A stretch of 64,000 bases of DNA from Turneriella sp. (GTDB lineage: Bacteria; Spirochaetota; Leptospiria; Turneriellales; Turneriellaceae), in contig CBDIID010000003.1 in the NCBI GenBank assembly GCA_965279515.1, positions 1,184,001 through 1,248,000 of the forward strand. The letters run 5' to 3'. Below the pieces are notes generated by a model that made no database searches, was not told where the DNA came from, and worked only from the letters and a program-made list of their open reading frames with translations. Shown here piece after piece: positions 29,974 through 39,075 of this stretch. The position numbers and the translations under genes were made by a program. Every line of letters starts with the position of its first letter. Position 1 is the stretch's first letter.

Positions 29974-31806
29974 CTATTTTGCAAACGCCAATTTAACATA
30001 AGTACGCATCAGAGTTACCGCATTCAGGACAAACGCCGCACCAATAAAGATTGTTTCGACGGCAAAGTTCTCGGCGCTGAAATGCAGCAGTAAGTCTTCG
30101 CCGAAAAAGGTCGGGCTGAACGTGAAGCCCGACATCCACAGAATGCCAATAAAAAATATGTTCGTTGGCACACGATGCGACAGCGCCGCCCCTGCGTATT
30201 CGGTTCTGCGGACGCCCTCGGGTATGTTTCTCAGTCCGATGTAGGCAATCAGGAAGCCCAAAGTAATTCCGGTAAAATAGACGATACTGTAAATTGCCGC
30301 CCCCGGGTTTACGTAGATTGCTGAAATTCCTTTGAAGACTGTGGAGAGAAAACACATCCACAAAACCCGCGTCGGCCTGACACGGATGCCCAGCGCCGCC
30401 AAGGCGACAAAAACAGCCGATGTCCCGAGTACCACGGCGCAGATGGTATTTATGTTATCACCCAGGTAGGGTCGCCCAAAACTAACAATGAGTAACAATA
30501 CCGCCAGGATATTGATAAATATAAACGGAGAAAACGCGGGCAGAATAAACGCCGCTGTTTTTTTCAGGATATTCCACATGCCATGAACCAGAGCTTCGGC
30601 ATAACCTTCGGCGAATGAAAAGGCGAAATACCAGCCCCGCACCTTCTCGCCAAAGAACCGTCTGCTCAGATGTGCAAGCCCGCCGTTCAGCAACTCGCCC
30701 TCCGCCTGCTGACGCAGGTACAGCACCATGATCGAAGGTGATGCCAAAAGCTGGTAACAACGCAACGCCGCGTTTCCGAGAAAATGCAGCATGGCAATTT
30801 CGCGCTGCCCCAGCGCCAGTTCGAGAAACATGAGCCCAACCTGCGCCGCCGAGGCGTAGCCGATCTGCCCCTTAATGTTGGATTGCGATTGTTGCGCGAT
30901 ACTGGCAGTAATGGCGGTAAACAGGCCGATGCTCCCGACAATCCAGGGGATAAAGGGGACAGCCGTCCACAGCGGATAAAGGCGGATCAGGAGGTACACC
31001 CCGGCATGGATCGAAAGCGCACCGTAAAAGATGGCGCTCGACGGCGTCGGACCTTCCATCGCACGCGGTACCCAAAAAGAAAACGGATACTGCGCCGATT
31101 TACCCATCGCAGCCAGGACAATCAATAATCCGCCAATGGCAAAAAAACCCATATTGGCGCTCACGAGCCCCGGATCCAATGCCTTATCGGCGTATTGTAA
31201 AAAGAAGAACTCATTTCCTAGTTTGTGAAAAAGCCACGCTTCGAGAAAGAGCCCCAGGTCGCAGAAACGGTAAATCGCATAGGCACGCAGGCTATTCCTG
31301 CCCGGCTGCAGGCGAATGCGGTAAAAACCGATTAGCAGAAACGACGAAATCCCGACAATCTCCCAGCCCGCAAAGAGCATGTCAATCGTCGCGGCCAGCG
31401 AGACCAGGGAAATGCCGGCGACAAAGAGGAATAAACTTGCAAAGAAACGACGGTAGCCGTCTTCACGGTGCATATAACGCCGCGAGAACATGAGGACGAG
31501 GCCGGTGAGCACACCGATGAGCACCTGGAAAGCAACCGAATACTTATCGAGCAACAGCAGAACCTTGAAATGATAATCCGCGGCGCTCAGCAGGTTACCG
31601 TATGAGATTTCGAGGGGCTTGAAGCCGGAGTAAATAAACAATCCCAGAAAAGACAGGGTGAGGATGCCGTTAATACAATTCCCCAGGAGTACAAAGCGCG
31701 AAATAAACCTCTCGTCGCGCCTGGGAGATACAGCGATCAGCACGGTAAAAACAAGGGGATAAACAACCAGCGCCGCTGCAATGTAGCGAAATAACAACTC
31801 AACCAT
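29974..31806 (-). CDS. dabB: DabB-type NuoL/MrpA-like membrane subunit of the DAB inorganic-carbon pump
   Basis: YMHREDGY.RF, WEIVGISSFLLI, YR..D and KSAQYPFSFW.PRAMEGPTPSSAIFYG motifs; ATG 31806 overlaps the dabA end. Confidence 0.88.
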   Translation of the reverse strand: MVELLFRYIAAALVVYPLVFTVLIAVSPRRDERFISRFVLLGNCINGILTLSFLGLFIYSGFKPLEISYGNLLSAADYHFKVLLLLDKYSVAFQVLIGVLTGLVLMFSRRYMHREDGYRRFFASLFLFVAGISLVSLAATIDMLFAGWEIVGISSFLLIGFYRIRLQPGRNSLRAYAIYRFCDLGLFLEAWLFHKLGNEFFFLQYADKALDPGLVSANMGFFAIGGLLIVLAAMGKSAQYPFSFWVPRAMEGPTPSSAIFYGALSIHAGVYLLIRLYPLWTAVPFIPWIVGSIGLFTAITASIAQQSQSNIKGQIGYASAAQVGLMFLELALGQREIAMLHFLGNAALRCYQLLASPSIMVLYLRQQAEGELLNGGLAHLSRRFFGEKVRGWYFAFSFAEGYAEALVHGMWNILKKTAAFILPAFSPFIFINILAVLLLIVSFGRPYLGDNINTICAVVLGTSAVFVALAALGIRVRPTRVLWMCFLSTVFKGISAIYVNPGAAIYSIVYFTGITLGFLIAYIGLRNIPEGVRRTEYAGAALSHRVPTNIFFIGILWMSGFTFSPTFFGEDLLLHFSAENFAVETIFIGAAFVLNAVTLMRTYVKLAFAK

Positions 31807-34363
31807 TTTGCACCTTTGCTTTTTGAATATAACCCGGTGCAATGTTGTCGCGCATACGGCGATAGGCAGAGATTGAATCCGGAAAGACCTGCGGCCCCTT
31901 TCCACCGATACTCAGTTTTTCAAAAGCACCGCGCCGGTACCAATAGTACACGTCTTTTACGTAGTCATAAATACAGAATTTCACCCATTCCTTTTCAATC
32001 CATTGCATGACTGCCGGATTGCCCTCAAGGACTTTTAACACGATGTCCTTTCGCTGCTCGACCAGAATAAAGAGCCGCAGCGGATCATGAATTTCGATCA
32101 TCTGCTCGGGCAGCCCGGTGCGCAGATCACCCTCCGCCCCGTTGCCGACGCCAAGCAGCGAAAAAACATTATGCGGTAATTTGGACCCCGCGCCAAAAAC
32201 CGAATTGTCCATGCGCGAGAATAGGTACTCGAGATTGATACCCGCACACACCGGCACGAGCGGCGTCAGAATTCCGTTCAGAATCTTTCCGTCTTTATCG
32301 GTCCGGGGATCGTAGGAATTAAAAAAGGCGCGGCGATCCAGAAAAAGATTTTCAGAGAGTGAGCGACGGGCGACAATCGCCAACGCATTCGTCGCATGGT
32401 TATACTCCGGCCTCGGTTCGAAGAGCATCTCGGTGCGTAGGCGTACTTCCTTCATGGCCTTTTTGAAACCATAGGGAAAATTCAGAATGGCAAATCGGCG
32501 TGTCCGTTCATGTGCGTTATGTTCCAGCGCGCTGTTGAATATCGCATTCAGCTCTTTCAGCTGATCTGAATGGTGTGCCATGACATCGTCTTCGTCCATG
32601 AAAATAATCTCGTCGCGGGCCGTATCGTGGATCGCACCGATAAAGCGCGTAGAAAGGGGAATATCGATGCCCTCGGCTTTGAGTAGCCGTCGTACATCGT
32701 CGCGGTTAGCCATCGTCGCGTACGTGCGTGCGTTGACGAACCCTGGTCTTCCTGAGCAGGCGCCGCAATCGTATGCGGCGAAGTATGGATTGTTTGTACT
32801 ACTCGACCCATGGCCGACAACCGCGACCAACGCCGCAAAATTGTGGGTTAAGCCGATTTGGCGTAAAACCCGCGCCACGCGTTCCGCCATTTCGCTGACG
32901 GTATAACCCTCGAAGTAACCGTCCTGCGGTGCCTCCCCATCTGGCCTCTCGTAGTGCAGATCGGTTTCATCATCATGTGCGGCAAACGAACTCGCCGTAG
33001 CAAATGTGCGCGAGGGTTTTGCAATCGATATTCCGAGTCTGACGAGGGAAAAAAGACCGAAAACGAGAGATATCAGCCAGCCTAAAACCAGGTTATTCGC
33101 ATAACGATGCCAGAAATTCATCTCAATGCGGCTGGCGGGTAATTTTCTCTTATGCTTCGCTATGCCGCGGATACGGTGACGGGGTGTAACCGGCACCGGA
33201 CACTGCTTGATTGAAATGGCGTCATAGGGTCCCTGATAGACGGCATCTATGGCAAAGAAGCCGGGTGTCGCAAACGTTTCCACGCCATCCGTAAGTTCTT
33301 CGAGATAACGCCGGAAAGAAGACTCCCTGTCATCGATGCAGAATAGCGCCTGAAATTTTGTTTTCCCTTCTTTAGAAAACCGTCCGCGCTTCTGACCTGC
33401 GTTTACCCTGATGGCGCGCAGTGTATCGAGATAAAAACTCAATTCCATCGCCTCAAGCCAAAGGCGACAAATCTTCTCACCCTCGTTTTCGACCGGCGCG
33501 TGCTCTGCAAAAAACGCGGTATTGGTATTGACCAGGTCCAGTTTGGATTTCTCCCAACCGCCTGCGGTGGCACGTTCCGTAAAAATCGCCAGATAAAGAG
33601 CGACGTATTGTACAAGTTTGATCAGGCGCGGATAACTCAGGGATTCCGGGCGGTCTTCTACCTGCGCAATAAGCCCCGACCAGCCGCGCGCAGCCATGAG
33701 CACTTCGAGAAGAAAGGTACGCCTGTCCGCTTTTTCTGGTAACAGCTTTTCCAGGCAATCTGCGACAATGTCTTCAGGGGATTTTTTGCGTATCTGGTCA
33801 GTTAAGTGTGCGCTTAAGGCGTGGATTTTCCCCGTGCGCAACTGTTGGCGCAACGCCGACCAGAAGTCGAGTTGACCTTCGCCTAACGAGATTGCCGCCA
33901 TCCCCTGGTCCAGGTAACTGGCGACCAAACGGAAAACATGCGGATGAATTTGTTCCTCAAGAACAATACCGCATTGCTGCTTGATTGAGAACATGTATCC
34001 GTGCCTGCGAAAACCGGGACGGTGTTGTACATCCGCCAGTTCTCTGTAGAGCATCCGGTGGCGCACTTCCGCCGTGTCGCCACCTTCAGAAGCTAAGACT
34101 AAATTCAGCGCCTCATCACTGATCTTGCCGCTTTTAAACAATGCCCGGAATTCGGAAACCGGCAGGTATTCCCGCGCACCGTAGAGGCGCGAGGCCTGGC
34201 GGATGGATTCATCGAAGCTGAGGTTATGTTCCTGGAAGGCATGCAGCGTATTATGGTGGATAAAATCCTTAATCGGTCCCTGTGACGGCAGATAATGGCG
34301 GATTTCCTTTAGAATTGTCGTAATATCCGTTGGTGCTTCCTGCTTTTTTGAATTCTTTTTCAT
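31799..34363 (-). CDS. dabA: DabA (DUF2309/UPF0753), beta-carbonic-anhydrase-like subunit of the DAB pump
   Basis: FIHHNTLHAF, zinc-ligand motifs FCIDDRE, GHGS.S.NNP and DCGAC, plus HDT..D, RPE, RR.F..SYD, INLEY.FS..D, GDLRTGLP.Q and H.PLRL. Confidence 0.93.
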   Translation of the reverse strand: MKKNSKKQEAPTDITTILKEIRHYLPSQGPIKDFIHHNTLHAFQEHNLSFDESIRQASRLYGAREYLPVSEFRALFKSGKISDEALNLVLASEGGDTAEVRHRMLYRELADVQHRPGFRRHGYMFSIKQQCGIVLEEQIHPHVFRLVASYLDQGMAAISLGEGQLDFWSALRQQLRTGKIHALSAHLTDQIRKKSPEDIVADCLEKLLPEKADRRTFLLEVLMAARGWSGLIAQVEDRPESLSYPRLIKLVQYVALYLAIFTERATAGGWEKSKLDLVNTNTAFFAEHAPVENEGEKICRLWLEAMELSFYLDTLRAIRVNAGQKRGRFSKEGKTKFQALFCIDDRESSFRRYLEELTDGVETFATPGFFAIDAVYQGPYDAISIKQCPVPVTPRHRIRGIAKHKRKLPASRIEMNFWHRYANNLVLGWLISLVFGLFSLVRLGISIAKPSRTFATASSFAAHDDETDLHYERPDGEAPQDGYFEGYTVSEMAERVARVLRQIGLTHNFAALVAVVGHGSSSTNNPYFAAYDCGACSGRPGFVNARTYATMANRDDVRRLLKAEGIDIPLSTRFIGAIHDTARDEIIFMDEDDVMAHHSDQLKELNAIFNSALEHNAHERTRRFAILNFPYGFKKAMKEVRLRTEMLFEPRPEYNHATNALAIVARRSLSENLFLDRRAFFNSYDPRTDKDGKILNGILTPLVPVCAGINLEYLFSRMDNSVFGAGSKLPHNVFSLLGVGNGAEGDLRTGLPEQMIEIHDPLRLFILVEQRKDIVLKVLEGNPAVMQWIEKEWVKFCIYDYVKDVYYWYRRGAFEKLSIGGKGPQVFPDSISAYRRMRDNIAPGYIQKAKVQNG

Positions 34364-34465
34364 CTTCCTCCTCAGGTACGGAGCTTGGATAATTCTCCGC
34401 CAAAAACAATAATGGGATTAAACGCGCCGGGACAGAGCTCTCATACCGAGCCTGCCGTCGGGTGT

Positions 34466-34816
34466 TTAGAGAGCAGGAGGGGCGCGCGAGTTTGCTAGAG
34501 AAAGGAGGTCTTTTTGGTGGAGAATCAGGGACGATGCCGAAAAATCGTTGCGAATGAAGTGAATTTGGGGTAAATGGACCGCGTCGGCGGTGACATAGAC
34601 ATCTGCATCGGACTCACCGTCGCACTCTTCACCGTTTTCAGCAAAGAGGCCATCGACCTTGGCCAAGTTCTGCGCAGGGGGTTGGGTAGAGAGCATCAGG
34701 GTTGAAGATGCAGAGGTACAATACGCCGAACCTTCGATGCTACCCAAAAAAATGAACGCAGCCAGCACCAACACAAATCGTCTGAGATATTGGCCGTGCT
34801 TTGCCTTGTGAATCAT
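34466..34816 (-). CDS. Putative RAPP-type ribosome arrest leader peptide (116 aa) upstream of dabA
   Basis: Basic n-region plus hydrophobic FVLVLAAFIFLG, an acidic patch, and C-terminus NSRAPPAL*. ATG 34816 is the first start downstream of the predicted promoter. Confidence 0.7.
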   Translation of the reverse strand: MIHKAKHGQYLRRFVLVLAAFIFLGSIEGSAYCTSASSTLMLSTQPPAQNLAKVDGLFAENGEECDGESDADVYVTADAVHLPQIHFIRNDFSASSLILHQKDLLSLANSRAPPAL

Positions 34817-34826
34817 CTCTTTTAAC

Positions 34827-34855
34827 ATAGTAGTAAATCGATCCGAATATGGCAA
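34827..34855 (-). promoter_or_regulatory. Sigma70-type promoter for the leader-dab operon
   Basis: TTGCCA (34855-34850) - 17 nt - TACTAT (34832-34827), 10 nt upstream of ATG 34816. Confidence 0.7.
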
Positions 34856-35097
34856 TAAAATCCGCAGGCAAATTTCGTGCCTGAGCTGCTTTCTGGGGTG
34901 GGCGGCAGATCGTTAGCGAACCTGCCCGATGAAAATGGAAAATGCTGAAATCCGGGAAAAGCGGGCATTTGCTCGTTCACGGCGTGATTTTTGCGACTAA
35001 AAATCGTGCAGCTTCTCTTGAGATTTCAGAATTTTGCACACCCTCCGCGCGCCCCTTTTTCCCTTTACCTGTACATGCTGCGCAGAAATCATACGCC

Positions 35098-37269
35098 ATG
35101 TCTTCGCTTGTCCGGTTTGCGTTCCGGTGGATTGCTTATTTTTCATCCTACGGTATAGCGGTGGCGACGTCGGCGGCGATCAGCTCGATACTCGCGATCT
35201 CCTTTGGTCTCTACTACGCCCGTGCGACGAATTTCCCGCTTTCGAATGCCATGCTGATCACCATCGCGATCGGCGCGGCGGTCGCCTGGATCGGCCATTC
35301 GGTGCAATTCGGTATTCTGAATAAAATCGGCTTCCCGGGTTTTACCCGCCCCGTTCTGGCAGTCAATCGTTTCATCACAGCCACCCCCGACCTTTCGATC
35401 AGACCCGATCTCAGGGAATCGGATTACCATGAGCTCTTACGCGCGCTGACGATTATTCCACTCACCAATGCATTTACCGCGGTACTTTCAGTACAGCTGA
35501 TCTTCGGGGCGATTCTCGTCGCCGCAGAGCTCTCGATTAAATTCGAGCCCTACCACTATGTGCAGGGCCTGATCATGGACCTGATGTTTTCTTTTATCCA
35601 TGGCGGCTTCTGCCTGGTGATCGGCGAAATCGCCACAGGGGGCATGCGCGCCGAATGCAAGCGCATCATGCACGAAAAGGGGATCGCCTTCACGGACCGC
35701 GCTGTCACAACAGTGCGGCTGAAACTCGCCTTCTTCATCACACTCTTTCTCGTAACGCTTTACGTCGCCGCAACCCTTGTCTACTACAACCGCGACAATT
35801 TGCAGGCAATCCTCATTTTCACACTCATGGCGACCGTTGCCGCGGTGCTGATGGCCTACATGATCTTCTACCTGATCTACAGTGCGCTCAAAGATATCGA
35901 AGGCGCTATGGACGATTTAAAATCCGGCGGTTCGGGACTTATTTTCACGAAGTCGATCGACAGCGAATTTGTCAAGGTCGCGACCGGAATCTCCGACGCC
36001 GCACGCACAATCAAAGACTACCAGGCAAACCTGGAACAGAAGATCGACGAGCGCACGCGCGAGTTGCAGGAAAGTTTAGGGAATGTAAAGGCCCTGAAGG
36101 GCCAGCAAGACGGCGATTATTTTCTCACCTCGCTGCTGCTGAAGCCGTTAACCGGAAATTACGCCAACAACCGCCAGATCAAAGTCAGTATCTTCATCCG
36201 CCAGAAAAAAAGTTTCGAATTCAAAACGAAAACGAACGAAATCGGCGGCGACATCTGCCTCGCGCACTCGATCAGGCTGCGCGGGCGGGATTACACCCTG
36301 TTCTTAAACGGCGACGCAATGGGCAAATCGATGCAGGGCGCCGGCGGATCGTTGGTTCTGGGCGCCGTCATGCAATCGATTGTCGAGCGCACGAAGCTCT
36401 CGCCCAAAGAACAGGTACTTTATCCCGAGCGCTGGCTGAAGGCGGTGTTTCTCGAACTGCAAAAAACTTTTGAAAGTTTCGACGGTTCGATGTTGATCTC
36501 GGTGATTATGGGTCTTGCCGATGAGAAATCCGGCTTTGTCTATTTTATCAACGCCGAGCACCCCTGGTCTGCAATCTACCGCCAAGGCAAGGCGTTCTTT
36601 ATCGAAAACGACCTGACGCTCAGAAAGCTCGGCACGCTCGGCGTGGCGATGGGCATCCGCGTGCAGACGTATGAGATGAAACCCAACGACACATTCGTTA
36701 TCGGCTCGGACGGTCGCGACGACCTGGTTCTAGGCACCGACGAGACGGGCACCCGCATCATCAACGAAGATGAAAATCTGTTTCTGCGCATGCTTGAATC
36801 GGGCAAAGGCAATCTCGAACAGACCTATAACCTGTGCAAAGAGACAGGGGATATTTCAGACGACTTCTCACTCATCTCGCTTACCTACCTGCCTGAAATA
36901 GAAACACGCGACATGCGCTTCGGCATCGGGCAAAAAATCAGCGAAGCGCGTGCCTTCGTCGCCAAAAAGAATTACGCAGCAGCAACCGAACTTTTGGAGC
37001 ACGCCTACGAGGTTTCGAAGGATAACCTTCACGTCGCACGCGCGCTCGCCCATATCTATTACAGGGCGGGCAAGCTGGCAGAAGCCGCGCGCTATTTCGA
37101 CCTCTATAGCGAAGAGAACCCGGGCGACACACAGACGATCGGGGTATTGGGATCGCTGTTATTGAAGCTGGGTGACACCGAACGCGCGGCCGACGTATTA
37201 ACCCGCCTCAAGATCCGCAACCCGCACGATGAGAAGATCGCCAGCCAGCTGGCGAAAATTTATAAGTAG
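35098..37269 (+). CDS. Membrane SpoIIE/PP2C-family phosphatase with C-terminal TPR
   Basis: N-terminal TMs and coiled coil; QQDGDYFLTSLL, IGGD, GDAMGKS, NAEHP, GSDGRDD and SDD motifs; TPR-like helices. ATG 35098 preferred. Confidence 0.9.
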   Translation: MSSLVRFAFRWIAYFSSYGIAVATSAAISSILAISFGLYYARATNFPLSNAMLITIAIGAAVAWIGHSVQFGILNKIGFPGFTRPVLAVNRFITATPDLSIRPDLRESDYHELLRALTIIPLTNAFTAVLSVQLIFGAILVAAELSIKFEPYHYVQGLIMDLMFSFIHGGFCLVIGEIATGGMRAECKRIMHEKGIAFTDRAVTTVRLKLAFFITLFLVTLYVAATLVYYNRDNLQAILIFTLMATVAAVLMAYMIFYLIYSALKDIEGAMDDLKSGGSGLIFTKSIDSEFVKVATGISDAARTIKDYQANLEQKIDERTRELQESLGNVKALKGQQDGDYFLTSLLLKPLTGNYANNRQIKVSIFIRQKKSFEFKTKTNEIGGDICLAHSIRLRGRDYTLFLNGDAMGKSMQGAGGSLVLGAVMQSIVERTKLSPKEQVLYPERWLKAVFLELQKTFESFDGSMLISVIMGLADEKSGFVYFINAEHPWSAIYRQGKAFFIENDLTLRKLGTLGVAMGIRVQTYEMKPNDTFVIGSDGRDDLVLGTDETGTRIINEDENLFLRMLESGKGNLEQTYNLCKETGDISDDFSLISLTYLPEIETRDMRFGIGQKISEARAFVAKKNYAAATELLEHAYEVSKDNLHVARALAHIYYRAGKLAEAARYFDLYSEENPGDTQTIGVLGSLLLKLGDTERAADVLTRLKIRNPHDEKIASQLAKIYK

Positions 37270-37337
37270 ACGGCGGAACGGCGCAGGCCAGATGCGGGCA
37301 ACTCAGAAATAATCTTGCCCGAATAGGATTCATAAAC

Positions 37338-37727
37338 ATGTGGCGCCGCTTACCCGAAGATATTGTCCAGGAAAGAAGTAAGGCCTTTGCACAGAAAAAA
37401 GGTCTTCCGAGAACCGCACGCGGCATACTTGCCGCCCTGCTCTTTGTCGCCGTTTTGTCTGGTATTTCATACCTGAACGATGTTTCTTCGGGAAAGAGCT
37501 TTAACCTGCACCAAGCGCCCGCCTGGGCCCTGATTTGCGTTTTCATTGCCACCGTTCTTTTTATGTATTTTCTTCTGGTGAAGAACCGCAAACCTCCCGT
37601 TATCTTCATCTGTTATGATTGCCAGGAGCCGTTTCACGCGCAGCCAAAGTGCCCTGCCTGCAACAGCGCGAATATTTCAGACATCCGTTTTGCCGAATGG
37701 GTTGAAGGAGCAGAGAACCAGCCTTAA
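37338..37727 (+). CDS. Small two-TM protein with C-terminal zinc ribbon
   Basis: Two TMs followed by CYDC...CPAC. Confidence 0.7.
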   Translation: MWRRLPEDIVQERSKAFAQKKGLPRTARGILAALLFVAVLSGISYLNDVSSGKSFNLHQAPAWALICVFIATVLFMYFLLVKNRKPPVIFICYDCQEPFHAQPKCPACNSANISDIRFAEWVEGAENQP

Positions 37728-37736
37728 AGCTGCCGG

Positions 37737-38012
37737 TTAGTAGGGCGACGCGTTCACACAGGAATTCATCATGCCCTGCCCGTTCTGTTTGGCACGCTTT
37801 ACACACTCCGCCAGCTCGTCGGCAGCGAGCTTGCGCTCTTCCTTATCCATTCCCGCATCTTTTACAGCCGCGGCGTACTGCGCCTTGCATGCTGCGCTGT
37901 CTTTTTTGACTGAACTGGTAAACTCGTGGGTGCAGTATTTTTTCTTTTCCGCATCGACGGCAGATGCGGCGCCGCATAACAAAACCGGAATTGCCAGAAT
38001 GATCTTAAACAT
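37737..38012 (-). CDS. Small secreted cysteine-containing helical protein
   Basis: Signal peptide; four Cys in the mature part. Confidence 0.65.
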   Translation of the reverse strand: MFKIILAIPVLLCGAASAVDAEKKKYCTHEFTSSVKKDSAACKAQYAAAVKDAGMDKEERKLAADELAECVKRAKQNGQGMMNSCVNASPY

Positions 38013-38024
38013 TTTTCTTCTGCT

Positions 38025-38984
38025 CTATAAATCGATCCACTTCAGAATATCAGGTAAAACCTCAGAAGCAAGTTCATCAGAAGCTATCATCATGCCGTGG
38101 TCGTAGTCGCGCGCCTGGCGGTTCATGCGGCCCGGTTGCAGAAAGCGCACATCAGGTGAATTCTTCGTTGCGTCGCCGATGGTCTTCACAAAGAATTTAT
38201 AGACCGATTCGGAAGGTGCAACGTTATCAATTTTACCCGCGAGAAACATCACGCGTACACCCTTGTCTTTGAGTGAAACGTTTTCCAGCGAGTCGCGCCA
38301 GACATTCTTACCGCCTGCAACCAGATTTTGCCGTGGCGCGATGAGTTCGGGCCTGAGCCCCGGTAAAAACCGGCGGCAAAATTCGGCCTGTGCAAGATTT
38401 TCTTTGGCGAGGCGGCGGCCGAAGGAGCCCGGGTACTCGTAGTCAAATCCTGTCCCGAGAAAAAACGCCGCCTTCACCTGCAGGCCGCTTGTCGTCGCAT
38501 GCTTCGGCGCTTCGTTCAGGTAGTGCGCGATGGCCTGCCCGCCGAGGGAGATCCCACCCATGGCCCAATCGCTGTCTGTCGAATTTTTGCGTATCGCCGT
38601 GGTAATCTGCGGCAGCACATCGCGGCCGAATTTTTCGAGCGCCATTGCAGGCGGAATGCGCACCAGCCACACGGCGACGCCGCGCGCATTGAACCACGGA
38701 ATGAGCGAGGCGGAGCCTGAATTATAGAGCGCCTCGTCGGCGACGAGAACGGGAGAGACGAGCACGAGCGAGAACGACGGACCCGCAAGAGCGCCATAGG
38801 TTTTGGGGAAGAGACTCACCGCAAACGAGCCGCCGGAAGCGTCGATAGAAAAATCGCGGCGGTTTTCCTTTTCGATATAGTTTGTGGTGCTGGTGGACTG
38901 GCAACGCAGCCCCGAAAACAAAAGGGCAACGGCCACCAATATAGAGTGACGAAGCATACCGCGAAAGTTGTGTCTGCGACCCAT
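38025..38984 (-). CDS. Alpha/beta hydrolase-fold lipoprotein
   Basis: Signal ending GLRC; nucleophile elbow GISLGG, GKIDNVAP (Asp) and YDHG (His). Confidence 0.78.
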   Translation of the reverse strand: MGRRHNFRGMLRHSILVAVALLFSGLRCQSTSTTNYIEKENRRDFSIDASGGSFAVSLFPKTYGALAGPSFSLVLVSPVLVADEALYNSGSASLIPWFNARGVAVWLVRIPPAMALEKFGRDVLPQITTAIRKNSTDSDWAMGGISLGGQAIAHYLNEAPKHATTSGLQVKAAFFLGTGFDYEYPGSFGRRLAKENLAQAEFCRRFLPGLRPELIAPRQNLVAGGKNVWRDSLENVSLKDKGVRVMFLAGKIDNVAPSESVYKFFVKTIGDATKNSPDVRFLQPGRMNRQARDYDHGMMIASDELASEVLPDILKWIDL

Positions 38985-39075
38985 TGTAAATCAAAATTGA
39001 ACGTTTGTTCGAATTTTAAAGTTCAGAATGGCTTTGCCCGGCTGGCCAGACATACGAGCTGGCAGGTCACAGCGT

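Noticed and set aside
29974..31806. NADH dehydrogenase subunit NuoL of complex I
   Set aside because: No other nuo genes are nearby, and coupling to a DUF2309 gene identifies it as DabB.
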